DNA of 63,165 nucleotides, filler included, from Octopus bimaculoides (GCF_001194135.2; 5 parts of 5 records of this genome joined end to end with filler, not necessarily neighbours in it); one strand, 5' to 3'. Positions 1 to 12,478 are shown, numbered from the whole stretch's first letter. Program-made: numbers and translations. Notes: generated from the sequence alone by a model not told the origin.

Positions 1-134
1 TGTGTGTGTGTATGCATATATATATAAATATGGATAGATAGATAGATAGAGAGAGAGAGAGATTGTTCCAATCCAAGTCGGTGATAGTGAGGGACTGTAG
101 GAACATCGGACGTAACACCTTGCAGTTTTTATAT

Positions 135-305
135 AACAAGTGTTAGTGTACTTACGTCCTCGTAAATAAGAGGTTCACCAAGAGGGTACGATAGGGTAAG
201 TACCACCATTAAAACACAAGTACTGGGGACGATTGTTTCGATTAAAATTCAAGGTGGTGCCCCAGGGTAGGAGCAGTCTAATGACTGGAAGAAGTAAAAA
301 AGATA
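135..305 (+). mobile_element. Degenerate 3' half of tRNA-derived SINE family C
   Basis: Aligns by eye with 19010-19205: TTACGTCC.CGTAA...AAGTACTGGGG.CGATT...AAGGTGGTGCCCCAG...GCAGTCTAATGACTGGAA, then an A-rich end. Confidence 0.6.
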
Positions 306-1911
306 AAGGATAGATTTCCTCGATATGGGCAATGGAATGTAGACAAATAAGAGGCACAGTGTGAAATGCTTGAAACTTTACGGAATATAGTACGAATTAT
401 AAAATGGCTAGAAGGAACAAACGTCAAATTGTTTTCATTGGAACATCAAAGACGGGACCACTAGTACGGATATATCAGCAAATAAACAATGATGTTTATT
501 TTCCATCTCAAGAATTGAGAAACACATAATGAGATCCCGACGGGGCTATATGCATGTATATACATGTACACAAACACACACACAGACACGTATGCGCACG
601 CGGACATACACACGTGCACACACACTTATGTATTCGAATACGTATATAGATATATATTTATATACTTACGTATATATATCTATAAACATACATACACATA
701 CAACACATATATATGTATGNNNNNNNNNNNNNNNNNNNNNNNNNNNNNNNNNNNNNNNNNNNNNNNNNNNNNNNNNNNNNNNNNNNNNNNNNNNNNNNNN
801 NNNNNNNNNNNNNNNNNNNNNNNNNNNNNNNNNNNNNNNNNNNNNNNNNNNNNNNNNNNNNNNNNNNNNNNNNNNNNNNNNNNNNNNNNNNNNNNNNNNN
901 NNNNNNNNNNNNNNNNNNNNNNNNNNNNNNNNNNNNNNNNNNNNNNNNNNNNNNNNNNNNNNNNNNNNNNNNNNNNNNNNNNNNNNNNNNNNNNNNNNNN
1001 NNNNNNNNNNNNNNNNNNNNNNNNNNNNNNNNNNNNNNNNNNNNNNNNNNNNNNNNNNNNNNNNNNNNNNNNNNNNNNNNNNNNNNNNNNNNNNNNNNNN
1101 NNNNNNNNNNNNNNNNNNNNNNNNNNNNNNNNNNNNNNNNNNNNNNNNNNNNNNNNNNNNNNNNNNNNNNNNNNNNNNNNNNNNNNNNNNNNNNNNNNNN
1201 NNNNNNNNNNNNNNNNNNNNNNNNNNNNNNNNNNNNNNNNNNNNNNNNNNNNNNNNNNNNNNNNNNNNNNNNATATATATATATATATACATGTAAATAT
1301 ACGTATATATATATACGTGCATATATAGCTATATCTTTTGTGTTTGTTTGGTTGTTTACATATATATGTGTGTGTGTGTGTGTGCGTGTGTGTGTGTGTG
1401 TGTAAGTGTACGTGTTGTGTATGCGTTGAGGTCATGCGTGTATGCAGTTCAGTGTTTACATAAATGTGAGTGTATGAATGCTTATTTATCAATCTCTTTT
1501 ACTCGCTCCCTATATTAAATATACTTTCTCATCCCTAAAAAAAAAAACATAAATAAAAAAAAAAAATCAAGTGAATAAGTAAAAGAAAAAGAGAAAGCCC
1601 ACACCAAGAACAGTTGAGGGGACGGGCAATGTGCCAAAAATACCTTCAACTATACAAGTGTATGCTCACCCCACGGCAGTAGAAACTGCCAGACCGAAGA
1701 TGTTGTCACATTGGCACATTATCAAAATCTTATCCTGCTATCTCTCACTAAGAATGGTAGGATGGTAAGCTGAGTGCATATGTATGTATGTATGTGTGCG
1801 TGTGTGTGTATATGCATGCATGCATGTGTGTATGTAAGTATGCTTGCTTGTATATATGTATGCATGTAGGTGTGCTTGTGTGTTATTCTGTATATATAGA
1901 CACACATATTT

Positions 1912-1970
<59 letters not shown>

Positions 1971-2919
1971 NNNNNNNNNNNNNNNNNNNNNNNNNNNNNN
2001 NNNNNNNNNNNNNNNNNNNNNNNNNNNNNNNNNNNNNNNNNNNNNNNNNNNNNNNNNNNNNNNNNNNNNNNNNNNNNNNNNNNNNNNNNNNNNNNNNNNN
2101 NNNNNNNNNNNNNNNNNNNNNNNNNNNNNNNNNNNNNNNNNNNNNNNNNNNNNNNNNNNNNNNNNNNNNNNNNNNNNNNNNNNNNNNNNNNNNNNNNNNN
2201 NNNNNNNNNNNNNNNNNNNNNNNNNNNNNNNNNNNNNNNNNNNNNNNNNNNNNNNNNNNNNNNNNNNNNNNNNNNNNNNNNNNNNNNNNNNNNNNNNNNN
2301 NNNNNNNNNNNNNNNNNNNNNNNNNNNNNNNNNNNNNNNNNNNNNNNNNNNNNNNNNNNNNNNNNNNNNNNNNNNNNNNNNNNNNNNNNNNNNNNNNNNN
2401 NNNNNNNNNNNNNNNNNNNNNNNNNNNNNNNNNNNNNNNNNNNNNNNNNNNNNNNNNNNNNNNATATATATATATATATATATATACATATATATATACA
2501 TGTATATGAACAAACATGCACACTTACATCAACATGAGCGTGAGGAATTGGAAAGAGTGCCATACACACATATACACACAGCTCTATGGCATGCAACTGT
2601 CCAGTTAATTGAACATGTGGTATTATTGCTGCCACTAAAAAAATAAATAAATAAATAAATAAATAAAACGCAAAGAAAAATCAAGAACAAATTGGAACAG
2701 ATGTGCTGCCTGCTCGAATATCATTTTACCGTAACTTTACTCTGACTTCGAAATTATATAGTAATATTATACTTCATACCTATGTATATATGTTTGCTGA
2801 GAAAAGCACACGCACATAGGCATACGCAGACACACAGACACACACACACACGCATGCATACACACACACACACACATATATATATATATGTATATATCTA
2901 TTTATCTTTATATATTGGC

Positions 2920-2968
<49 letters not shown>

Positions 2969-4672
2969 NNNNNNNNNNNNNNNNNNNNNNNNNNNNNNNN
3001 NNNNNNNNNNNNNNNNNNNNNNNNNNNNNNNNNNNNNNNNNNNNNNNNNNNNNNNNNNNNNNNNNNNNNNNNNNNNNNNNNNNNNNNNNNNNNNNNNNNN
3101 NNNNNNNNNNNNNNNNNNNNNNNNNNNNNNNNNNNNNNNNNNNNNNNNNNNNNNNNNNNNNNNNNNNNNNNNNNNNNNNNNNNNNNNNNNNNNNNNNNNN
3201 NNNNNNNNNNNNNNNNNNNNNNNNNNNNNNNNNNNNNNNNNNNNNNNNNNNNNNNNNNNNNNNNNNNNNNNNNNNNNNNNNNNNNNNNNNNNNNNNNNNN
3301 NNNNNNNNNNNNNNNNNNNNNNNNNNNNNNNNNNNNNNNNNNNNNNNNNNNNNNNNNNNNNNNNNNNNNNNNNNNNNNNNNNNNNNNNNNNNNNNNNNNN
3401 NNNNNNNNNNNNNNNNNNNNNNNNNNNNNNNNNNNNNNNNNNNNNNNNNNNNNNNNNNNNNNNNNNNNNNNNNNNNNNNNNNNNNNNNNNNNNNNNNNNN
3501 NNNNNNNNNNNNNNNNNNNNNNNNNNNNNNNNNNNNNNNNNNNTATATATATGTATATACATATATACATATATACATATATAGATATATATATATATAG
3601 ATACATATATTCATACACACATATATATACATATATAGATACATATCTATATATGTATATATGCATATATACGTGTATGTATTTATTACGCAAACACTCA
3701 CATGCACGTTCATAAGTATACGTTATACTCATTGATTTTTTTCTGTACTATTGGACATTTGTATGACGTCAGATAGTGCCTACACAGTAGGTATTTTATA
3801 TTTAACTTATATAGTGTCTAAACTGTTATTTACTTAACATCGTTGACAGCTCCCGCTTGAAATGGCTTCTTTATTATATGACATTTCGTTTGCTAGATGC
3901 GGAGAATAACTTGGCCTACAGTATTTTTCGACGTCTGCTCGTTTTTATTTGCGCAGGTCGATGCTTTCAGAAAACGTCAGCACAAACTGGGAAAGCTAAT
4001 TTTGTAATGTTGCTGATGTGGGCTCAGCAAAATGTTTAGAGGTGAGATAGAATAAATTAGGCAAGAAAATACAGGTGATGGAATAAGTATTAGATACAGA
4101 AGTTTCGCCGCTAGTTTGTTCAAGAGAACAGACTATTTCAAACAACATCACTTGGATGCGGTGTATTTTGTCTGTGTTAGAAAGAGCAGAACAGTTTCTA
4201 AATTTTAAGCACTACATTAATATGAAGCTTTCTTGTGCAGTATAAATATCAGTTGACCAAGGCAAGTCTTTAAACAGCAACTGGTAAGGAGACTTTTGCT
4301 CAAGAATCCAGAAGATTTGGTCAGTACGGAATTATTCTTTAGTCTCTGTAATTCCTAGCTTTGCTTTGGTACGCGATAGTAGTTCCTTTTGAGGGACTGA
4401 TTTGTCGGTCAAATTGCTGAAGGTAGTCAAGCTGGCGTTTAGTCATGTGAGATACAAGCACAAAAGTTGGTGAACAGACTGTGATTGTACGTAAACCAGA
4501 CACCGTTTGCCTAACGGTAAATTAGGCCTCCTGTTTTAAGGATAATATATAGAGAGCAGAAATCTAGTTGAATAAACTGCAAATAAACCAGCAACGGAAG
4601 ACTACAAATGCATTTGTTTCTCACGAACAATCATGAATCCTCACACTTTGGCATGGATGTCCATGTAGGTGT

Positions 4673-4675
<3 letters not shown>

Positions 4676-4711
<36 letters not shown>

Positions 4712-4729
4712 AGAGAGAGACACAGCGAC

Positions 4730-4795
<66 letters not shown>
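4676..4795. repeat. (AG)n microsatellite, interrupted
   Basis: Directly visible. Confidence 0.95.
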
Positions 4796-5989
4796 TTCTG
4801 TTCAGGTCAGACCTGACACACTGAAATATTTCCTGGAGATAAAGAGAAATCGTAGTCTTTGTGTAATCTTGATGTCATTTAACCTCTGATCAGTGCTGAT
4901 CGAACACACATATAATCAAAATAATTCTAGTCATGGCAATCACGCCTCTCTTTTTTTTCTTTTCTATGTACTGATATTTCAGACTCCCATTATTCATTGT
5001 GTCATATTCTTAAAGACGGTAGGATAGAAAATGAGAGATATTTTATCGTTATTTCAAGCATAGAGGTTCCCGTGTGGGTCTGAGTTTTGATGATCTTACA
5101 TAAAAACTTCAGGCATGAAATAACCTTTGAAATTCTGAAATCATCTTTGGTTACAATATTTGAAACAATTGCGTTTCAAGTGATAACACTGTGAGGTACA
5201 AAACTGTATACAAGATATGTGTCCGTTGTTTAGCTGGGTGTCCCTATGTTTAACCATTGTTAATGATTCTTGAGGCTAGTTTTGGTTTTCAAACTCTTAA
5301 ATCACATGAACCTCCATTATTTCTTACTGCGACATATATAACAACAAGCATTCTGTTCTGAACTGCTAGCGTCACCTCTTGGCTTTCTTCACCCACAGCA
5401 GGACAAAATCTTAGCAGATATTTTCAATATTCATGTGTCACATGGATTTTCAAGTCGGTACTGATCTTCTCCATCACATCTCGTCACATACCACCTACTC
5501 ACGCATATATCTCCACAAGGTAAAAACAAACCAGTATTCAGTATTACTACCAATGAACATTGTTCTCTACTTTGTGGCGCCTTGACCTATATATTGGTGT
5601 ATGGGTCGATGGGTGGTTGTTTCCTGTACCTTGTCTTCATAACATTACATCCCACTGTCTATTTGGAAATGCAAGTCGATGGGCCGATATTATTTGCTTC
5701 GGTACATGTTGCCACACATATCTCACTACTCGTTCTTCAATTTCTCCTTTGATGATAAAATTGAATCATTTTTGCTTGTGGTGAGCTAAAGTTAAGCTTA
5801 CTTTCTCTTTGTCTGCTGTCGAATAAATTCCACGTTAAAAGAAACAGAAAGTTTACTAATACCTTGTTTGCATAATTCTTCTGTTCAAATTTAGCTGCTC
5901 TCTATTTGAAGCAATATTAGCAACATAAAGACACACTCAGCCTTACCACTCTGGAAAAAAACACTTATGCAATAATTGAGTGTTTAAAA

Positions 5990-6620
5990 AAATCCCAAAC
6001 GAAAGCAATTTCGCATCTTCGAATTTGACATTAAGGACTATTATGAAACAATATCATAAAGAAAACTTACTATAGCTGTGATCTTTGCCAAATCAATTAC
6101 AACTATTTAATAACAAGAAATTGAGATATTACAACATAGCAAATCTCATCTCTTCCATAACAATGAATACTGGATAAAGAAAATTCACTACTGAATCATT
6201 TGATGTTTGTATAGGTTCGAACGACACTACAGAGGTCAGTGACATTGTTGGCCTATATATATTATCACCATTTCTCAGCAAGCGGCTATTCACCTCAGCT
6301 GCTTCTCAGGAAAGTAATAGTTGAATTTTTCTTTACAAGTTTAACAGAAAAGAAAACACACAGGTTTAGGAACACATTATGTCCCTTCTTTAAACACCGA
6401 TGTTCTCTATTACAGTTGGAATTAACTTCTAAGAAGTGTAGATTAATCTTAGAAAAATTCATTCATAATCCTGATATAAAATGGAAAACCTTCAGTATAT
6501 ACACTCTAATTACCCTCGAAGTATAATTAAAACCCTTCTCAAGATCATCTCATTAAAATTCATCTCTTCACCATCTAAATAAGTGGTATTCAACATTGCA
6601 AAATCAACGACTAGAAAGAA
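5990..6620 (+). mobile_element. Decayed Penelope-like element, RT palm/thumb fragment
   Basis: Manual translation across stops and frameshifts gives FDIKDYYETIS*RKL..FAKSITTI..EIEILQHSKSHLFHNNEYWIKK / FDVCIGSNDTTEVSDIVGLYIL / LQYIHSNYPRSIIKTL. These match the PLE RT motifs FDIxxFYPSI, LLFxxxxxWIKK, FDVTMGSxDGAExxELVGLY and YIHxxSNHPPSIIK. Confidence 0.8.
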
Positions 6621-6652
6621 AACGAAATGCATAGATCCATATATACATATAC

Positions 6653-6690
<38 letters not shown>

Positions 6691-7189
6691 TAAAAGAGTT
6701 CCAACTCTGTCTGTTTTTTATGTTTTATTTATATTCTTATAAAATTAATGTGGGATATAGAATATGGAATATATAATATAATATAAATGGTAAAATGAAA
6801 TGAAGTATTGAATGTCTTATTGAATACATGAAATATTGAGTATTAAATATAGAGAATCAAATATATATATATATACATATGGTTATGTATACATCTAAGT
6901 TAACTGTATACAAATGCATGCATATGAATATATGTATATATGAATAATCATAGAAGGACACACACCTTCAGACAAACATATACTCACAAAAATACACACA
7001 CATATGTATGTTTGTAATATGTGTGTGTGTGTATTTGTATTCACACGTGCATACAGACAATGACTCGCTGCTTATTATTCTTTTACGAGAACTCATCATA
7101 CGCCAGCCTTCCTCTATTCTCCTTTACCTAGAACCATATCCTTTATACCCGTTTCCCTCTTCCGTCAACACAGCAATTGTATACTAACA

Positions 7190-8245
7190 CACTGAGCTAT
7201 CTCTTTTCCCTTCCTTCATAGACACCTTTTGAAGATAACCTCCATAAAGAAACCACCTGCGATTATTGATGCTACGGGTAAACTATAAGGAATCACTCTA
7301 CAAGAGGGATGATACTAAAATGTTTATAAGGGATGATATTGAATTAGAAATTCTATTTGAAATTGCTCATAAATTCAGCCAAAACATGAACATGAATAAG
7401 GAATTAAATAAATGGGTTGAACAACAAGGATATTAGAATAGATACTGGCACCAACACTCAGAATTGGAGGAGAACGCCCCATTGAAATATTTAGGAGTAG
7501 CTGAAATATAAAATGTAACCCATTGAAATAAAGAAGAAATATAGTGTTTTATAGAAGAATCAGTATAATATCAAAAACTAGATATTGTTAACAATATGAT
7601 AATAGGTGAAAATATCCTACTCGTTTCAATTATAAACTTCAGTAAATTGGAAGCAAAGTGAAAACTCAAACAGATGGTGATTCAGAGGACAATCACCAAA
7701 GGCCATATAAAGAGAATATAATACGTGCTGCACACGGAAAATGACAGGTCTTGATACAAATAGAAAACTACAAAAGGGTAACAAAAGCAGGATGCCAAAA
7801 TTATTTATCAGTAAACAAAGAGAAATAGTGTAGTGTCATGAGGAAAGAAATAAAGTAAAAAATTCCGTGTAACAACACTATAGACAAATATTTTGGAAGT
7901 GGGAAAAAAACAACATAAATCTCAGAAACGTTTGAAAAGGCAAACAAAATGAAAATATTGAATATGTTAAAGAAAAAATGGAGAGAAATGCCATTCCATA
8001 GATAACACAAAGTAATACTCGATTGACAGAAAAGTAAAAAAAAGAAAATGGTAGAAATAATAATAAGAGAATTAGATCTGATAAAGAGGAATTATGAAAA
8101 GAACAACACGAACAGCAACAACAAAGTATAAAATCTATGGCAAATGTCATTTTTCTCAGAAAATAAGTTAATCCTTGAATGATCAAGCTGCATTCGACAC
8201 AGTATACTTGGAAGAGAATAGCTCCCTGTATACATTATCTACTCA
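7190..8245 (+). mobile_element. Heavily decayed R4/Dong-clade non-LTR retrotransposon (RT to linker region)
   Basis: KRDDTKMFIRDDIELEILFEIAHKFSQNMNMNKELNKW (DD at 7308-7313) matches YMDDLKLYAKNxxELxxLLxxVxxFSxDIxMxFGLxKC. Also EENAPLKYLGVAE (~7470-7505) and KKWREMPFH (~7975), similar to the R4 KWxEKPLHGQ motif. Many stops. Confidence 0.7.
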
Positions 8246-8253
8246 CAAGTGGG

Positions 8254-8266
8254 TGTCAATAATGTC

Positions 8267-8328
<62 letters not shown>

Positions 8329-8374
8329 TAATAATGATAATAATAATAATGATAATAATAATAATGATAATAAT
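8254..8374. repeat. (AAT)n/(GAT) microsatellite
   Basis: Directly visible; forms the 5' flank of the R4/Dong 3' fragment. Confidence 0.95.
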
Positions 8375-8597
8375 AAAAAAAAATATTCAGACAAATACAT
8401 AACAAAAACACCAGGACTTACAAATATATATAACATACAGGAAATTGCACTACTGGGTACTGCACACATTCTACGCAAAACACTTTCAATACAGTAAACA
8501 TAAGAGCACTACAGCAAACCACAGCACATACCCAAGGCGCACAGAGCTGCGCTCGGTAGTGAAATGAAAGCACGTTATAAAAATAAAACTACTGAAC
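8375..8597 (+). mobile_element. 5'-truncated R4/Dong-clade LINE 3' end (REL C-terminus plus 3' UTR) inside an (AAT)n repeat
   Basis: The end of ORF 8249..8497, KKYSDKYITKTPGLTNIYNIQEIALLGTAHILRKTLSIQ*, has the R4-type C-terminal motif IQxxALLGTAxILRKxL. (AAT)n lies on both sides. Confidence 0.85.
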
Positions 8598-8628
8598 AAT
8601 AATAATAATAATAATAATAATAATCATA

Positions 8629-8663
<35 letters not shown>

Positions 8664-8669
8664 AATGAT

Positions 8670-8848
8670 CCTTTCTGCTATAGGTACATGGCCTGAAATT
8701 TTCTGGTGGGAGGCAAGTACTTATTTCATCGATTTCGACAGAATGAAAAGCAAAGTCGACTTCGGCGGAATTTGAAATCAGAACGTAAAGACGGAAGATA
8801 TGCCGCTAAGCATTACTTTGCGTTGTAACGTTTCTGCTAGTTCGCCGA
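8670..8848 (-). mobile_element. tRNA-derived SINE family A
   Basis: Reverse complement matches 50088-50314: GGCGAACTAGCAGAAACGTT..., B-box-like CTGATTTCAAATTCCGCCGAAGTCGAC, TTTCATTC..TCGA..ATAAGTAC, and tail GGCCATGTACCTATAGCAGAAAGG. Confidence 0.85.
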
Positions 8849-8853
8849 ATTTC

Positions 8854-8908
<55 letters not shown>

Positions 8909-8942
8909 TATTATTATTATTATTATTATTATTATAATAATA

Positions 8943-9461
8943 AATGCTCTGATGCAGTACCAGGCGGTGGCTCTCATGGCTTCTGATTGGAAGTGTTATC
9001 ATGTATACTGTTTTATCTTGGTATAAAAGATGGGCTAAAGCAAATATTATGCTCGATACCACAGATTTGCGTGTCAGCTGTTTGGCCTTAACCAGTTGAG
9101 CATGGCCCTTAGTGTCTGGTGGTATGTGCATCTTAGCGGGGGAGCATCATAGCCATATGTTGAGAGGAATTTTATGGGGTTTGGATAATTCACCTCTGGA
9201 AACATGGACGTTTCGTTCACCATCCTTAAACAACGCTTATTCAGGGACCTTTTGAGCAGGATGGGCTACTCGACCTAAAGAAAATTCTAATTGGATCCCA
9301 CCTGCAAGATCATTCGCTGTTAATCTAGATATGTCGCGCACACATAGTTGTGATGCATGTACCTGGTGTACCCTTATGAGACAGGTAGTCATGATGGATA
9401 TACTGAGCTTCGTATATTTTACCCCAGTGTCACTTTGATGACATGCACTGCCCTCTCACTC
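8943..9461. repeat. ~520-bp non-coding putative interspersed repeat bounded by (AAT)n on both sides
   Basis: Only one copy is in the window. Its repeat status is recalled from octopus sequence and not verified. There is no recognisable ORF, and both junctions fall in AAT repeats. Confidence 0.4.
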
Positions 9462-9469
9462 AATAATAA

Positions 9470-10430
9470 GGATATTTGTGGTTTTCGTCACTGTTTACAA
9501 TTATCTTTAAGAAAAAATTTTAACGCATCATACAGATGTAATTTTCGACGCTGAATCCCAACTTGTTATTCATTTATTCGAGAAACATTTTTGGAAAATG
9601 TTACAGGTGTTCAAACTTTGATAATTTCAGAATTTTCAATCAATCAGAAAACATCGCGTTCACTGCCTCTTCCATTACAGAGTGGGGTGGGGGCATCGAT
9701 ATGTCAAAACATTAAACTAGATACGCGTGCAAATTGAATATTTAAAAGCTACGAACAAGAAAACCAACACGAGTTGCTAGAAATAACAGTCAAAACATTA
9801 AGATATCACGAGCAAAGTTAATATTAAAACATTCGCGAGCAAATTAAATATTTAAAGGCTAAGAACAAGCCAACAGGAGTTGCTAGAAATAACAGTCGAA
9901 ACATTACTTAAAACTGGCATTTATTAGTTTAAAAATTCAAGAACGAAAGTTTGCAATACACTCTGAGATTTTATAAAATAAATTATCTTTCTCGTATCTC
10001 CTCCACATAAATTCACAACGATAAGAGACAACCATGCCCAGGTACATTCAATTTGTTGAGTATGAGTCCCATCTGTCATGAAAACAAACAGTTATAGAAC
10101 AAGTGGTGGTTACACTCCCTATGCGCATGCGCAGCATCTTTGGTTACTATGGAAACATAGTTCTTCGCAATAAGCTGGGGAACATGTGGTGTTTCTTTGC
10201 TTTGGTTACTATAGAAACAGGTTTCTTCACCACGGTGATGTCTAAAATACTCGCATCTGCTTGACTAAAATACCGAATCTTTGCAATTTTTAAAGGCTAA
10301 TAACTTTTTAGTTATGGATTAGGAAAAATTAATTTCATTTTTAAAATCATTATACAAAACTTAATTCATACATCAAATTGGAAAACAATTGGAACAAAAC
10401 TGTAAACAGTGACGAAAACCACTAAGATCC
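9470..10430. mobile_element. 961-bp non-autonomous DNA transposon with 30-bp TIRs (GG termini; Merlin- or PIF/Harbinger-like)
   Basis: Left GGATATTTGTGGTTTTCGTCACTGTTTACA (9470-9499) versus reverse complement of the right end (10401-10430) GGATCTTAGTGGTTTTCGTCACTGTTTACA: 28/30 identical. AATAATAA lies on both flanks. There is an internal direct duplication (~9730-9800 and ~9840-9905). Confidence 0.85.
10122..10218. promoter_or_regulatory. NRF1-like palindrome plus two RFX X-box-like motifs inside the TIR element
   Basis: TGCGCATGCGCA at 10122-10133; GTTACTATGGAAAC at 10143-10156; GTTACTATAGAAAC at 10205-10218. Motif matches only, function unknown. Confidence 0.3.
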
Positions 10431-10479
<49 letters not shown>

Positions 10480-10829
10480 TATGAATGTGCGTGCCTATGT
10501 ATGTGTGTATGTGGATTCATATATCTTTCTGTGTGTGGGTTTGTGTGTGTATGAGTATGTGTTATCATACGCTATCACTGTCTTTGGACGATGAGGACAC
10601 AGATATTTTATCATGTAAATTACTTGCTTCTGAATTACCATACAAATGGCTGACCATTTCACAGACTGGGGTATCAATATCATAATTAACAGAATCATCG
10701 CCATACAGGATATAAGAGGACTCTACCCCTTGTATAACAGGCTCAATCCGCTCAAACACCTCGTGTATTGTACATAGAAGTTAAAATGTATCAGTCGACC
10801 TGAAGATACAGAAAAAAAAAACATTTTGT

Positions 10830-10915
10830 CAAGATTCTAATCAGGAAGATCGAAACCAGGTCTTTGTGTTTACGAAGTGAGCTTCTTAAATCATTCGGTC
10901 ATACTGCGCCAGCCT
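10830..10915 (-). mobile_element. Degenerate tRNA-like head of SINE family C
   Basis: Reverse complement GGCGCAGTATGACCGAATGATTTAAGAAGCTCACTTCGTAAACAC...GGTTTCGATCTTCC resembles the head at 18811-18870. Confidence 0.4.
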
Positions 10916-10925
10916 GCACTCACAG

Positions 10926-10957
<32 letters not shown>

Positions 10958-11056
10958 CATACACATGTATATATGTGTGATACACACATATATATGTTAT
11001 ACATGAAAATATAACATATATTTATAGGTATGTGTTCTTACATATATGCATATATC

Positions 11057-11102
<46 letters not shown>

Positions 11103-11215
11103 AATTTAAATAATAAGGATAAGAAATTGAATATTAATTTGATTAATATCAATTTAAAACCAGTGGCTTAGCATATTGAAAATTCTGAAGCTTCAAAAAA
11201 ATTATATTACATACC

Positions 11216-11336
11216 TATAAGAGGGATGACCACTAAGTGGAAATCCATTATGCTATATGTAGACCCCATATGGTCTGACCATATGGGATCTAAATTTAAC
11301 ATAATGGATGTCCAGTTAGTGGTCATCCCTCTTATA
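11216..11336. repeat. 121-bp palindrome (60-bp arms, 1-nt loop)
   Basis: Arm 11216-11275 versus reverse complement of arm 11277-11336: 54/60 identical. Confidence 0.95.
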
Positions 11337-11447
11337 TGTATATAAATATATATGTATATATATATATCTATATGTACACAAACATAAAACATGTTTCACA
11401 CACACACACACACACACGCACACACACACACACACACGCGCGCACAC

Positions 11448-11480
<33 letters not shown>

Positions 11481-11566
11481 TATATATATACATGTACATA
11501 CACACATATATATATATATATATATACATGTACATACATGCATATATAAACACAAACTTATATATA

Positions 11567-11783
11567 CGAGAGCGTGCTGAAACGTTCCTGGCTTTGGGTA
11601 AAAGGAAAATAGAATTGGATCAATTAATCATGATTTTATTCAAAATATTCCGCTCTCATATTCATTCAGTGATCGCAGTGTTCCTTTAGGTTTTCTAAGC
11701 CCTGTAAAAGAACCCGGAACGTTAGGCCTCCAGCCTGGTCGTTCGCAAGATCCTTAAAGCCAGGAACTTTTCAGAGCCGCTCG
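11567..11783. mobile_element. Mariner-type MITE (~217 bp) with TA target duplication
   Basis: TA|CGAGAGCGTGCTGAAACGTTCCTGGCTTT ... AAAGCCAGGAACTTTTCAGAGCCGCTCG|TA. Imperfect ~29-bp TIRs of the mariner ACGAGGG..AAAAGT type. Confidence 0.8.
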
Positions 11784-12478
11784 TATATATTAGATGCTTA
11801 AAAGCGGAGAGGTTAAAAGCTCAACATACCTGTACGCAGGTATAATCATAGTTCTGCAATTGCTAAGCGCCTGCATCATGTTTGTTTAAGTGAATAACAT
11901 AATATATAGAACACCTCGACCACCAAATCGAAATAGCTGGAAAGAAGTCTACTGTGAAACAGGCTTAATGCATTCCTTATTAATACATGGAGTTGTGTGA
12001 CTTGCTCAAGATATTAACCTATTTTTCTCCACCTATCTACATATTCACTCAATTCTCAAACTGCTAAATACTTTTGGATGATGATGATGAATGTTGTATA
12101 TGTATATACATACATACATGTGTGTGTGTGTATTTTTTTCTGTATATTTATATACACACCTATGTACATGGATGTAAATACATATATGCGTATCAATGTA
12201 TGTACGTATGTATGTATGTATGTACGTATGTATGCATGTATGTATGTACATATCTATATAGATATAGATGCAGGTTTTTATGCATATATATATATATACA
12301 TATATACATATACATGTGTGCGAGTGTGTATCCGTGTGTCCGTGTGTGCGTGTGTGTGTCAGCGCATGTGTCTGTTGCACCTACGTATACGAATATGGAA
12401 TCCATGTCTACATGCTATTTATTGACTAAGCTTGCTGCGCTTCGACCCATTTCCACATTTCTTTTATGCAAGTACATC

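Noticed and set aside
4235-4590. TATA/Inr plus AATAAA suggesting a solo LTR or promoter
   Set aside because: TATA-to-Inr spacing is wrong, and no TG..CA boundaries, TSD or second copy could be identified.
5050-5800. Possible Tc1-like transposase fossil on the minus strand
   Set aside because: Only vague motif echoes across multiple frameshifts; no DDE residues or TIRs could be fixed.
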